A DNA stretch of 61,874 nucleotides, counting the filler, from Candidatus Ancaeobacter aquaticus (GTDB lineage Bacteria > Auribacterota > Ancaeobacteria > Ancaeobacterales > Ancaeobacteraceae): the NCBI GenBank assembly GCA_030765405.1. It is 5 parts of 5 records of this genome, joined end to end, with 100 filler letters (N's around TTAATTAATTAA, not from the genome) between each part and the next. Parts side by side here need not be neighbours in the genome. Positions count along the whole stretch, not along the records: positions 40,735 to 54,678 come from JAVCCP010000055.1; positions 54,779 to 61,874 come from JAVCCP010000024.1; 3 more parts are not named here. One strand, given 5' to 3'. The notes under the pieces were generated by a model. The model worked only from the letters and a program-made list of their open reading frames with translations. It did not search any database and was not told the origin of the DNA. Shown here one piece after another: positions 51,203 through 61,100 of this stretch. The stretch's first letter is position 1. Every line of letters starts with the position of its first letter. Position numbers and translations under genes: made by a program.

Positions 51203-52024
51203 ATGAGTACGAAAAAACCAGACATTGCTGAACTTACAGAATTAGCCCGTCAAACGAGACGCACAATTTTAGAAGTTCTCCACGAAGCCGGATCAGGGCA
51301 TCCCGGCGGTAGCCTATCATTAGTTGAAATATTGATCGGGCTCTATCATTACAAACTCCGATATGATCCAAAGAACCCTGAGTTTAACGATCGCGATATC
51401 TTTATCCTGTCAAAGGGGCATTGCTGTCCGGTACTCTACACAGTTTTAGCCAAATGCGGTTTCTTTCCTGAAGAAGAACTTATGAAATTTAGAAAGTTAG
51501 GTGCCATGCTTCAAGGGCACACACACCGAGGTGTTCCGGGGGTTGAACTTTCTACCGGTTCATTAGGGCAGGGACTCTCCGTTGCAAACGGCTGGGCGCT
51601 TGCTGCAAAGATGGATAATCATGCTCGCAGGGTCTATTGTGTTATAGGTGACGGTGAAATGAATGAAGGGCAGATATGGGAAGCGGCAATGACAGCCAGT
51701 TTTAGAAAACTTGATAATGTTTGTGCTATTCTTGATAAGAATAAGGTTCAGCAGGACGGGCCGACTGAAAAAATAAAGAATCTTGATCCGGTAGCAGACA
51801 AATGGAAAGCATGCGGTTGGGAAGTTATCGAGATTGCCGGACATAAGATAGAAGAAGTTTTGAATGCGCTAGACAAGGCTGAAACGATAAAAGGTAAACC
51901 GACTATCATTATAGCCGATACCATTAAAGGTAAAGGCGTGTCATTTATGGAAGGGCAGTTTACCTGGCATGGTAAAGCGCCAAGTGAAGAAGAACTCGCT
52001 GCGGCGTTAAAGGAACTTGAATAA
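51203..52024 (+). CDS. Transketolase, N-terminal subunit
   Basis: GHPGGSLS, TGSLGQG, GDGEMNEG, WHGKAP. Confidence 0.93.
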   Translation: MSTKKPDIAELTELARQTRRTILEVLHEAGSGHPGGSLSLVEILIGLYHYKLRYDPKNPEFNDRDIFILSKGHCCPVLYTVLAKCGFFPEEELMKFRKLGAMLQGHTHRGVPGVELSTGSLGQGLSVANGWALAAKMDNHARRVYCVIGDGEMNEGQIWEAAMTASFRKLDNVCAILDKNKVQQDGPTEKIKNLDPVADKWKACGWEVIEIAGHKIEEVLNALDKAETIKGKPTIIIADTIKGKGVSFMEGQFTWHGKAPSEEELAAALKELE

Positions 52025-52037
52025 ATAAGGTGCAGTC

Positions 52038-52985
52038 ATGACAGAGAAAATGAAGGCGACTCGCGACGGTGCGGGTGAAGGATTTATGGAGCTGGCAAAT
52101 CAGAGAGACGACATCGTTGTCTTGAGTGCTGATCTTGCGACATCCACACGTGCCGATAAATTTGAGAAGGTGCATCCTGACAGATTTATCAATATGGGTA
52201 TATGTGAGCAGGATATGATCGGCACAGCCGTAGGGTTTGCAATGGCCGGTAAAGTCCCGTTTGCTTGTTCGTTTAGCTGTTTTATGCTGACACGGGCATA
52301 TGACCAGATACGCGTATCGCTTTGTTATAATAATGAGAATGTAAAACTGATTGGTTCACATAGCGGTATTACCGTCGGACCGGACGGTGCGACTGCGCAA
52401 TATAATGAAGATATTGCGATAATGCGTGTTCTGCCAAATATGAAAGTCATTGTTCCCGCTGATACCCATGAAGCAAAAAAAGCGGTGTTAGCAAGCGCTG
52501 ATATAGCTGGTCCGGTCTATATACGTGTCGGAAGAGGGCCTATTCCGGCGGTTACCTTTGAAAGTGATCCATTTGAATTTGGTAAAGCAAAGATTCTCCG
52601 TGAAGGTAGTGATGTTTCAATTATTGCTTGCGGTATAATGGTTAAAGATGCATTGGATGCGGCCGAAGAACTTAAAGAAAACGGGATAACTGCTCGTGTT
52701 ATTAACCTCCACACAATAAAACCCCTTGATGAAGCGGCACTGATTAATGCTGCCAAAAAAACCGGTGCGATCGTCACAGCTGAAGAGCATCAGATATATG
52801 GTGGCATGGGTAGTGCGGTAGCCGAACTGTTAAGTGTTCAGTTTTCGGTACCCATAGAAATGATCGGCATTAAAAACGTGTTTGGCGAGTCAGGGACTCC
52901 TGACGAATTAAAAACTAAATACGATCTTACTAAAGAAACTATTGTTGACGCGTGCAAAAAAGCAATTGCACGTAAAAAGAAGTAG
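52038..52985 (+). CDS. Transketolase, C-terminal subunit
   Basis: MGICEQ, GPVYIR, TIKPLD, EEHQ..GG.GS. Confidence 0.93.
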   Translation: MTEKMKATRDGAGEGFMELANQRDDIVVLSADLATSTRADKFEKVHPDRFINMGICEQDMIGTAVGFAMAGKVPFACSFSCFMLTRAYDQIRVSLCYNNENVKLIGSHSGITVGPDGATAQYNEDIAIMRVLPNMKVIVPADTHEAKKAVLASADIAGPVYIRVGRGPIPAVTFESDPFEFGKAKILREGSDVSIIACGIMVKDALDAAEELKENGITARVINLHTIKPLDEAALINAAKKTGAIVTAEEHQIYGGMGSAVAELLSVQFSVPIEMIGIKNVFGESGTPDELKTKYDLTKETIVDACKKAIARKKK

Positions 52986-53042
52986 TAATATTTTCCTCAC
53001 ACAAAATCAAGAATTATTTAAGTGAAATGACACGAAGTGTCC

Positions 53043-53222
53043 AACCCGCTTTTCTTACAGAGATTCGTCATGAAAAGATGTAGGTATCTGTAAATGCAAG
53101 GCTTGAGACTGAATAGCCCGCAGACGTACTTGAAGAGTACGTCGAGGACTATGAGGAAGCTTAACGCAGCAGTTGCAGTTAGATATATCTTTGAAATAGA
53201 ATGTTTGTGAGAAATGCGGGTT
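53043..53222 (+). ncRNA. 180-nt rod-like structured RNA, 6S RNA candidate
   Basis: Nested pairings AACCCGC/GCGGGTT, TTTCTTAC/GTGAGAAA, AAAGATGTA/TATATCTTT, CTGTAA/TTGCAG, GACGTACT/AGTACGTC; several G-U pairs favour the plus strand. Confidence 0.6.
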
Positions 53223-53319
53223 AAGATTCTTTCTTATTTTTTGCAGTGGTTTTCTTGGTTTTTTTGATATACGCTTTTTTGCGAGCACGTTTTTCACGAG
53301 CATTATGTTGCTGTCCCAT
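53221..53319 (-). CDS. Small basic peptide (32 aa, not in the ORF track)
   Basis: MGQQHNAREKRARKKAYIKKTKKTTAKNKKES*; AAAAGGAG RBS 8 nt upstream. Confidence 0.7.
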   Translation of the reverse strand: MGQQHNAREKRARKKAYIKKTKKTTAKNKKES

Positions 53320-53396
53320 TTTTTTCTCCTTTTTAATTTTCTGCGGTTATTATATAATAATACGGTAAATAGTCAATTATTAAGGTGGAGGAATCG

Positions 53397-54191
53397 ATGA
53401 AAAGATTTTTTATAGCGCTGATTGTTAGTGTTGTGGTTATTGTTAGTGGTATATTCTATATAACGTCACGTGACTCACTGACGCCTATTCTGATGTACCA
53501 TAGTGTGAATGATAGTAAGATACATTATACTCCTACTGTAACAGTAGCTGCATTTGAGACACACCTTGCATTTCTTAACAAACATAACTTTAAAGTTATC
53601 TCGCTTGATGAGTATGTAAAAGCGGTAAAAAGTAAGGGTCGTAATCTTCCCTATAAAGCTGTTGTCGTTACATTTGATGACGGTTATAGAGATAATTTTA
53701 GCTATGCATATCCACTTTTAAAGAGATATCGTATGCCGGCAATGATTTTTGTTCCGACAGATTTTCTTGGAAAAGATGGATACGTCACTCTTGATGACAT
53801 TCAAGTGATGATGAAGCACGATATATCGATCGGGGTGCATGGAAAGACACATGCCTATCTTCCAACTGTTGTTTTAGAAGATCTATATGAAGAAACTGCC
53901 GGAGCAAAAAAAGATATAGAGAAGATGCTCGGTAAACCGGTTTCATTATTCTGTTATCCTATTGGCGGGTACTCACAGGCAATTAAAGAAGAAGTTGAAA
54001 AAGCGGGATACAAGGCCGCGTGTACAACAAATCGTTCGCCATCAATTCTTAATACCGATATATACGCATTAAATCGCATAAAGATGACCAATAAGGACAC
54101 GTACGATCTTATCTTGTGGGGAAAGACTTCACGTGTGTATAATTTGATGAGGAACATTAGAAATCACTTTAGAAATACGGGAAAGAAATAA
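53397..54191 (+). CDS. Polysaccharide deacetylase (CE4) with N-terminal anchor
   Basis: ILMYH, VTFDDG, HGKTH, FCYP.G. Confidence 0.9.
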   Translation: MKRFFIALIVSVVVIVSGIFYITSRDSLTPILMYHSVNDSKIHYTPTVTVAAFETHLAFLNKHNFKVISLDEYVKAVKSKGRNLPYKAVVVTFDDGYRDNFSYAYPLLKRYRMPAMIFVPTDFLGKDGYVTLDDIQVMMKHDISIGVHGKTHAYLPTVVLEDLYEETAGAKKDIEKMLGKPVSLFCYPIGGYSQAIKEEVEKAGYKAACTTNRSPSILNTDIYALNRIKMTNKDTYDLILWGKTSRVYNLMRNIRNHFRNTGKK

Positions 54192-54222
54192 AGATTTATT
54201 TTGTAATTATATGGAGATTAAT

Positions 54223-54531
54223 ATGGCAAGGACATTGTATGTAACATGTCCCACATGTAAAGAGCTTTTAGAGGTTGATCGCGAAAGCGGGAAGGTGGTA
54301 AAACACTTTAAATCAAAAAAAGCTGAAAAAGGTGACAGCAGCGATTTATTGAAGGATGTTTTAGATGATGTGAAAAACCAGGGTTCAAAACTTGACGCGC
54401 AATTTAATGACGCAAAACAAAAAGAAAAGGATAAAGCAAAGACATTTGATGATGTCTTCAAAAAGGGAATAGATGAAGCGAAAAAGAGTAAAGACTTAAA
54501 ACCTGATATCCGGCCGTTTGATTTGGATTAA
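54223..54531 (+). CDS. Small zinc-ribbon protein
   Basis: VTCPTCKELLEVD..SG.V; charged helical tail. Confidence 0.7.
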   Translation: MARTLYVTCPTCKELLEVDRESGKVVKHFKSKKAEKGDSSDLLKDVLDDVKNQGSKLDAQFNDAKQKEKDKAKTFDDVFKKGIDEAKKSKDLKPDIRPFDLD

Positions 54532-54558
54532 TGACAGTATAAAAGGATGAGAATATGA

Positions 54559-54678
54559 GTGCGCCAAGAAAAGCTAATATAAGCAAGCTGGACAATCCAG
54601 CACGTGTAATGGCTAACCACCGGCACGGAACCAAACCATGCGTATAAGGAGGTAACGAATTATGCGAAGCCATGGTAA
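54559..54678 (+). mobile_element. Group II intron 5' end (start of domain I)
   Basis: Starts GTGCG; hairpins GCTGG/CCAGC, ACCATG/CATGGT, CGTATAA/TTATGCG around GTAA; preceded by AAGGA-N7-ATG-A; at the contig end. Confidence 0.8.
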
Positions 54679-54778
54679 NNNNNNNNNNNNNNNNNNNNNN
54701 NNNNNNNNNNNNNNNNNNNNNNTTAATTAATTAANNNNNNNNNNNNNNNNNNNNNNNNNNNNNNNNNNNNNNNNNNNN
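54679..54778. other. Artificial contig linker / gap
   Basis: N44-TTAATTAATTAA-N44. Confidence 0.97.
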
Positions 54779-54936
54779 CCATCCATGCTAATCGATATTT
54801 GTTGTGCTGTTAATCTATTGATGAATGCCTCACTCGTAAACTGTGCCCCTTGATCCGAATTGAATATCTCAGGGGTTCCGTATTTTGCCAGAGCTTCATC
54901 AAGTGTTTCACAACAAAAACTTACATCCATGGTATT
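54779..54936 (-). pseudogene. IS3-family transposase (rve core) internal fragment
   Basis: NTMDVSFC.E.L.EAL..YG.PEIFNSDQGAQFTS..F...L..ISISMD. Confidence 0.85.
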
Positions 54937-56013
54937 AAGGAATTTATTAAGGTCGCTGTTTATCAAGGGAATGAAAACACAGCAAGTATTGAAAAAGTAA
55001 TACGGAATGATAAAGGACAAATTCAAAAATTCTACAAGAGATTAAAGAAGGAATATAATATCCGAGCGTGTTATGAAGCAGGAAGTTGTGGTTATGTATT
55101 TTATAGATGGCTGAAAGAGATCGGAGTGAAGTGTGAAGTAATAGCGCCAAGTTTAATACCGAAGCGAGTAGGAGATCGGATAAAAACAGATCAACGAGAT
55201 GCACAAAATTTGGGACGATTATACCGAGCAGGAGAATTAGTTGCTGTGCATATCCCAAGTGAAGAAGCTGAAGCAGATCGTGGCGTGGTACGATTGAGAG
55301 ACCAAATCAGGAAGGAAATTCACCAATCGAAACAGTATATTCTAAAATTTTTACAAGTACGTGGATTAAGGTATGAAGGAGTAAAAAATTGGACCCAAAA
55401 ACATTGGGACTATATCAGAATAATCAAGTTTGAGAATAAAGCGGATCAATTTACATGGTGTCGTTATATTGAAATATTGGAATATAAATTACAGGAATTA
55501 GTAGGAGTAGAAGAAAGGATAAAAGAATTGGCCTTTAGTAAAAAATATGAAGAAGTAGTTAAGAAGTTGAGATGTTTGCGGGGAGTAGATGTTTTAACGG
55601 CAATTACATTTGCGACAGAAATAATAGATTGTAAAAGATTTAGTCAGCCAAGAGAAATAATGGCTTACTTAGGATTTATTCCAAGCCAATATAGTTCAGG
55701 TAAAAAACAACGATATGGAAGAATAACCGGAACGGGCAATAGTCGGTTGAGGCGAATATTGGTAGAGGCTGCTTGGCACTATCGTCATGCTCCGCGGATA
55801 TCAAAAGAATTAAAAAAGCGTCAAGAAGGACAAGATTTGGAAGTTATTAATTACTCGTGGAAAGCACAAAAACGTTTATATAAAAGATTTACAAATTTAG
55901 GGTTTAGGAAGAATAAAAAAATAGCTGTAGTTGCGGTGGCTAGAGAATTAACAGGATTTATTTGGTCGTTAATGGTTAATGAAAATAATTATAGTGGAAT
56001 TAAAACGGCATAA
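54937..56013 (+). pseudogene. IS110-family transposase lacking its N-terminus
   Basis: KEFIKVAV (the GxDxH motif that should precede it is missing), YEAGSCG, KTD.RDA, YLG.IPSQYSSG, GN..LR..LVEAAW. Confidence 0.85.
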
Positions 56014-56031
56014 AATTTAAAAAGATATATT

Positions 56032-56219
56032 GAGAAAGGGTAAGAGTTGGTACGAGAGGGAGATCCTTGTGACCCCTATGCGATAAGATTAAATTCTTAA
56101 TTCGCGCTATAAAGATCAAGGCAGGCCCAGACGAAGTTTATATCATGTACAGGCTTTTAGCCCAATGTACGAATACCAGGTTGATTCATCGTCGAAGCGA
56201 CCAACTCAATGCCCTTCTC
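56032..56219 (+). ncRNA. Structured RNA in the IS110 3' NCR (bridge/seekRNA candidate)
   Basis: Closing helices GAGAAAGGGTA/TGCCCTTCTC and GAGTTGGT/ACCAACTC. Confidence 0.55.
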
Positions 56220-56374
56220 ATTAAAAATATGGTCTGAATATGGTTTGATTAAAAAAATATTATTGAGGGATTGACACGGTATTCCATACCAGGGGACACT
56301 CACCTTTTAAGGAATGATCTGTCCTATGACAAACCTCATCGAGGTAGGGATAACGTACTATTGCTTCTTAAAAA

Positions 56375-57166
56375 CTAGGCGTGACCTTTCTTTTTCTGTT
56401 TATTAAAATAAACTTCATCTTCTTTGCAATCTTTAATCAATCTCTTAATATGATCTATATCTTTCTTGCTTTTAGCATATTTTAATGCTTCATTATAATT
56501 TTTAATTGCTGTTTTAAAATCCCTATCATTTTCCCAACTCATATGGCCTAAGAACATATATACACTACTAACAATCCAGTTAGGTGCTTTTCCATCCGTT
56601 AGTATTTTATTAGCATACTCCAATGCCTTCGGTTTCTTACTTAATTTCCAATAACATACTACTAAATCAGACAGTGTCATATAATAATAATCCAAAGCTA
56701 AATTTGGATCATTCTTATACATATCTATAACTTTACTGCAATAATTAATAGTTTCTTTATATTCTTCCAAATCTTTACAGCAAAGAGATAATTCAACCAA
56801 TATTTTCAAACGCCTTAGCTTTGTAATATCCTTAACATTTAATCCATCAATTAAATATTTTTTTGCAGTTTTGAAATCATCTTTGTCAACATATGAGGAT
56901 CCTATATAAAATAATGCATCTGCTTTTTTCTCTCCATCTATTATCTTTAAAACCACTTCTAATAACTTTATTGCCTTATCTGGATAATCCTTAAAATACG
57001 CCATTTGTCCGCAAATAAAGAAATACTCACCTAATTCAGTTTTTGATAATTTTTTTAAGTCTTCATTTTTAATCGAATTCATTAACTTATCAGCTTTATC
57101 TAAATTTTTATCACCACCATCTATCATTAAATCATAAACTTTTTGAATTGTTTTCATTACGTTCAT
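56375..57166 (-). CDS. TPR protein, putative Rhs immunity paralog 2
   Basis: TPR-like repeats (ALFYIGSSY, YMFLGHM..AIKNYNEAL); clear paralog of 57413-58180. Confidence 0.8.
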   Translation of the reverse strand: MNVMKTIQKVYDLMIDGGDKNLDKADKLMNSIKNEDLKKLSKTELGEYFFICGQMAYFKDYPDKAIKLLEVVLKIIDGEKKADALFYIGSSYVDKDDFKTAKKYLIDGLNVKDITKLRRLKILVELSLCCKDLEEYKETINYCSKVIDMYKNDPNLALDYYYMTLSDLVVCYWKLSKKPKALEYANKILTDGKAPNWIVSSVYMFLGHMSWENDRDFKTAIKNYNEALKYAKSKKDIDHIKRLIKDCKEDEVYFNKQKKKGHA

Positions 57167-57177
57167 AAAACATCCCC

Positions 57178-57345
57178 CTACTTATCAGTCCTCAACTGGT
57201 CCGCAAAATCCATGCCCTGACCTGTTGCTTTAACAGTATTATTTATTATTCGGCCCGCTTTTGTCTTGTACTTATCCTGTTGTGGATTAATCTCATCAAC
57301 TTTTTCATTTATATAATCACGATTTTTCTCCGAGGATACTGGTTT
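57178..57345 (-). pseudogene. Orphan duplicate of the Rhs C-terminal tip (55 aa)
   Basis: KPVSSEKNRDY..EINPQQDKYKTK.GR.INNTVKA.GQ.MDFADQLRTDK* is nearly identical to the Rhs C-terminus. Confidence 0.85.
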
Positions 57346-57412
57346 GGAGTGAAGAAATAGATGACTATCAGCCAAAGTTTTAGCTATGATTGATCTCATC
57401 AAGACAGAAATA

Positions 57413-58180
57413 CTACTGTTTATTCTTTTTTAAACCTTCATTACATTCAGCAATTAAATCTTTATAAAAATCCTTATTAGTTTTTTCTTCAGCTAGATTA
57501 AGCGCCTTTTTATAATTTTCCTTTGCCTTCTTATATTCCTTTTTTTCCAAATATCTATGACCTAAAATACAATATGTGCTTTTCATAACCCAATCAGGAA
57601 CATTCTTTGTCAACAGTATTTCATTAGCATAATCGTCTGCCTTTCTATCTTCACCTAATTTCCAATAACATGTAGATATGCTAGATACTGCATTATAGTA
57701 ATAATCATTCAAACTTAACTTACTATCCTTAAATATTTCAATAATTTTATAATAACTTCTTAATGCTTTTCCATATTTATCTAAATTTCTATAACAAAGA
57801 CTCAACTCAGCCAATATATTTATTTTTATTTTATCGCTCAAGTTTTTTATGTTTAATGCTTTTTTAAAATACTTTAGGGCTAATTTATAATTATCTTTAT
57901 CATTATAAGAAGATCCAATAAAATACAAAACCTCTGCTTTTTTAGTTTCATCAACTAATTTAAGCGCTGCTTTTAACATCTTTATCGCTTCATCCGGAAA
58001 CTCTTTATAACAAACCATTTGCCCGCAAATAAGGGAAAATTCACCTAATTCAGTTTTTGATAATTTCTTTAAGTCTTCTTTTTTAATCGAATTCATTAAC
58101 TTAGCAGCTTTATCCAAATTTTCATTACCACCATCCATCATTAAATCGTAAACTTTCTGAACTGTTTTCATTACATTCAT
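57413..58180 (-). CDS. TPR protein, putative cognate Rhs immunity protein
   Basis: Starts 11 nt after the Rhs stop with a GGGGG RBS; TPR-like repeats. Confidence 0.8.
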   Translation of the reverse strand: MNVMKTVQKVYDLMMDGGNENLDKAAKLMNSIKKEDLKKLSKTELGEFSLICGQMVCYKEFPDEAIKMLKAALKLVDETKKAEVLYFIGSSYNDKDNYKLALKYFKKALNIKNLSDKIKINILAELSLCYRNLDKYGKALRSYYKIIEIFKDSKLSLNDYYYNAVSSISTCYWKLGEDRKADDYANEILLTKNVPDWVMKSTYCILGHRYLEKKEYKKAKENYKKALNLAEEKTNKDFYKDLIAECNEGLKKNKQ

Positions 58181-58191
58181 TAAACATCCCC

Positions 58192-61100
58192 CTACTTATC
58201 AGTCCTCAATTGATCCGCAAAATCCATGGTCTGACCTATTGCTTTAACAGTATTATTTATTGCTCGACCCGTTTTCGTCTTGTACTTATCTTGTTGTGGA
58301 TTTATCTCATTAACTTTTTTATATATATAATCACGATTTTTCTCCGAGGATACTGGTTTAGGGTAAATTTTTTCATCCGATTTTTCTTCCCCGCGTTTAA
58401 GCCGATTTAATTTATCTTCATCACTCTTATTCCAATCCTCCTTACCACCCTTCCCTTTTTCGCTTTTATTAATAATATCATCCGTACTTGGCCTGTCTAT
58501 CGGCACTCCTTCCTGCTCATCAGGTATATCAGGTACCGGCTCGACTATCATCGGTGGTGTTGGTTCTTCTATTGGCACTCCTTCATCCTGCGGAGGGGGT
58601 TCATATATCGGTTCATCTATTCTGGGTGATGATGTGTCGTCTATTGGATATACTTCGGGGCCTTCTTCTGTTACCGGCCCTTCTATCGTTACCGGCAGTG
58701 ACGGCGGTATTGGTGTATTCTCTGGCGGTGACGACGGCTCAACTGTTCCACCGGATGTATCCGGCGGTAAAAATATGTCTCCGCCAAATATATCCCCAAA
58801 TATTGATCCATCACTGTTTGGAGCATCTCCTTGCACTCCGCCTGAACCATCAGCGCTGTCATTACCACCTTCCCCAAAAAATCCTGTAATAATATCTATA
58901 ATCGTACCTATAATATCTGATATAGACGGCAAATTTATATCTGACGGTATATTTGGTAAAGTGTCTCTGGCAGGGTCCGCACCCTGCCCTGCTGACGGCG
59001 GCAGGACTACACCTCCTAATATTGCCGCCTCGGCTTCATTGCTCCAAAAGTCATCAAACCAATCAAAGAACGAATCACCTTCTCCCGTTGAACATAATCC
59101 TAACGGGTCTATCCACCTTATGGGATTATTTCTCGCGTATATATATCTATTTATTCCGTCAGGCATACCTAATGGATCAAGCTGTGTGAACCTTCCCAAC
59201 TTAGGATCGTAATATCTTGCCCTGTAATAATAGAGGCCTGTTGCGCTGTCAAATTCACGACCGGTAAAACCAAAAGCACACCTCGGAGTAGTCCCTGCGG
59301 GCCACCTCCGAGGAGTGCCGAATGCGCTATAGCTAAATCTATTTACTATCTTTCCTTCACTATCAGTAACCGCCCTAATAGAATTCTGCCCATCATGAAT
59401 ATAATATTCTTCATTATCGCCTGATACCTTGGCAAATATCTCGTCTATCCCTTTACCCCCTATATATCTGGACAGTATCTTTCCTTCTTCATCATATTCC
59501 ATTATTATATTCGAGCCGTCATAAAAATAACCGGTTGTTTTATCCCCTTCTATCTTCTTTATCCTCCTGCCGAATAAATCATATTTGTATTGGACCTCTT
59601 CCTTCCCGTTGACCTTTACAACTGAAAGTTTATTGCCGGAATCATATAAATATACTGTATCCTTATCATCGCATAATTCCCTTACAAGATTTCCGTTACG
59701 GCTGTATCCATACAACATCTTTTTTCCTCCAGCCGTCCCTTCAACCTTATCAACCTCCTTTATCATCTGATTTAACGTATTAAAATAATATCTTGATTCA
59801 GTCTTTAATATATGGCCTTCTTTCTTTTCACTTCTAATAAACTTTATCCTGTTGCCATTCCCGTCATAAAAATATTCTTCCCGATTACCATTTGAATATT
59901 CAACCTCTGTTAACTGATTCGATCCGTCATACTTATATCTCGTCTTACCTGAAATGCTTTCAGACTCTATTCTGTTTCCTGAGGCATCATATACATATCT
60001 AAAAAAATCTATTGTTTTATTTGTTGTATCCTTAGCTTCCAATTGTATGAGATTTCCTGCCTGATCATATGAATAGCTTACCACTATACTGTTGGATAAT
60101 GTCTTTTCAATCCTTCTGCCCAGCTTGTCATAATTTAGCGCTATCCTCTTTCCGTCATATTCGATCTGTTCTGCCTTATTCAATTTATTATATTCATATA
60201 ATATTTTTATCTCTTTACCTGAAGACACACACGTTATATTGCCGTTTAAATCATATTTATATTCTATTTCTTTTCCCTGGGCATTAATGTTTTTTGCCCT
60301 GTTAAAATTATCATATGAGATGTTTATCTCGCGCCCATCATCCGACAAAATCCTTATCCTATTGCCGCTTTTATCATACTCGTACCTGATAAAGTCATTA
60401 CCGCCTGATGAAATCTCCGACACCTTACCTATAGCAGTATTATACCGCAGGCTGATTTTCCCGCCTTCACCGCCTATTGAGGCCAAATCGCCCATTCGAT
60501 TGTATCCATAGCTGATTTCATTTCCAAGCTGGTTTATCTTTTTCGTTACTCTGTTTATACCGTTATATTCATAGCTCTCCTTGCCTCCCATGGGGTCTAC
60601 CAACTCAATCAGGTTTCCCGCCAAATCATATTTCTTTAATGTCTTGTCGCCATTCCTGTCTGTAACCTCAATAACCCTGTTTAATTTATCATATTTATAT
60701 TTAAGCTTATTTCTTCGTGGGTCTGTCAATTCAACAAGGTTTCCTTCAGGATCATACTTGTATTCCAGGCTGGACTTGTTTGCCATAATAACCGCGGAGA
60801 GCCTTCCTGCTGGATCATATTTATATCTGGTTTTATCTCCTGCAGCGTTAATATAACCTATTCGTCTGCCGTACACATCGTAAATATTTTTTGCTTTGCC
60901 GCCAACCGCATTGGTTGTTTTACTTAGTTTTCTCCACCAACCTTTTGTATAGCTAAACTCAGTAACATTACCCATTATGTCTTTTATGGCAATAACATTA
61001 CTGAACGCATCGTAGGACATCCTTACAATAATGGATTTCCCTCTTTCCGTTTTCCTTAATATCTCCAGGACCCTCCCTTTTTGATCATATTTATATTTTG

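Larger units (their letters stand above)
54937..56288 (+). mobile_element. IS110-family element, right part with 3' non-coding region
   Basis: Transposase, about 270-nt NCR, and TTGACA(56271)..TTCCATA as a right-end-like sequence. Confidence 0.7.
57000..58359. repeat. Tandem duplication with a 1014-bp period (about 57000-57345 versus 58014-58359)
   Basis: Both right boundaries (57345/58359) and both TPR starts (57166/58180) are offset by 1014. Confidence 0.9.

Noticed and set aside
53055..53303. 82-aa minus-strand ORF
   Set aside because: No RBS or recognisable motif; it overlaps the better-supported 32-aa ORF and the structured RNA.
54645..54678. GGAGG-N9-ATG inside intron domain I as a reinitiation site
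   Set aside because: Explained by the domain I stem-loop around GTAA; the sequence ends at the gap and cannot be tested.
58634..59212. 192-aa plus-strand ORF
   Set aside because: Antisense shadow of the low-complexity Rhs spacer.
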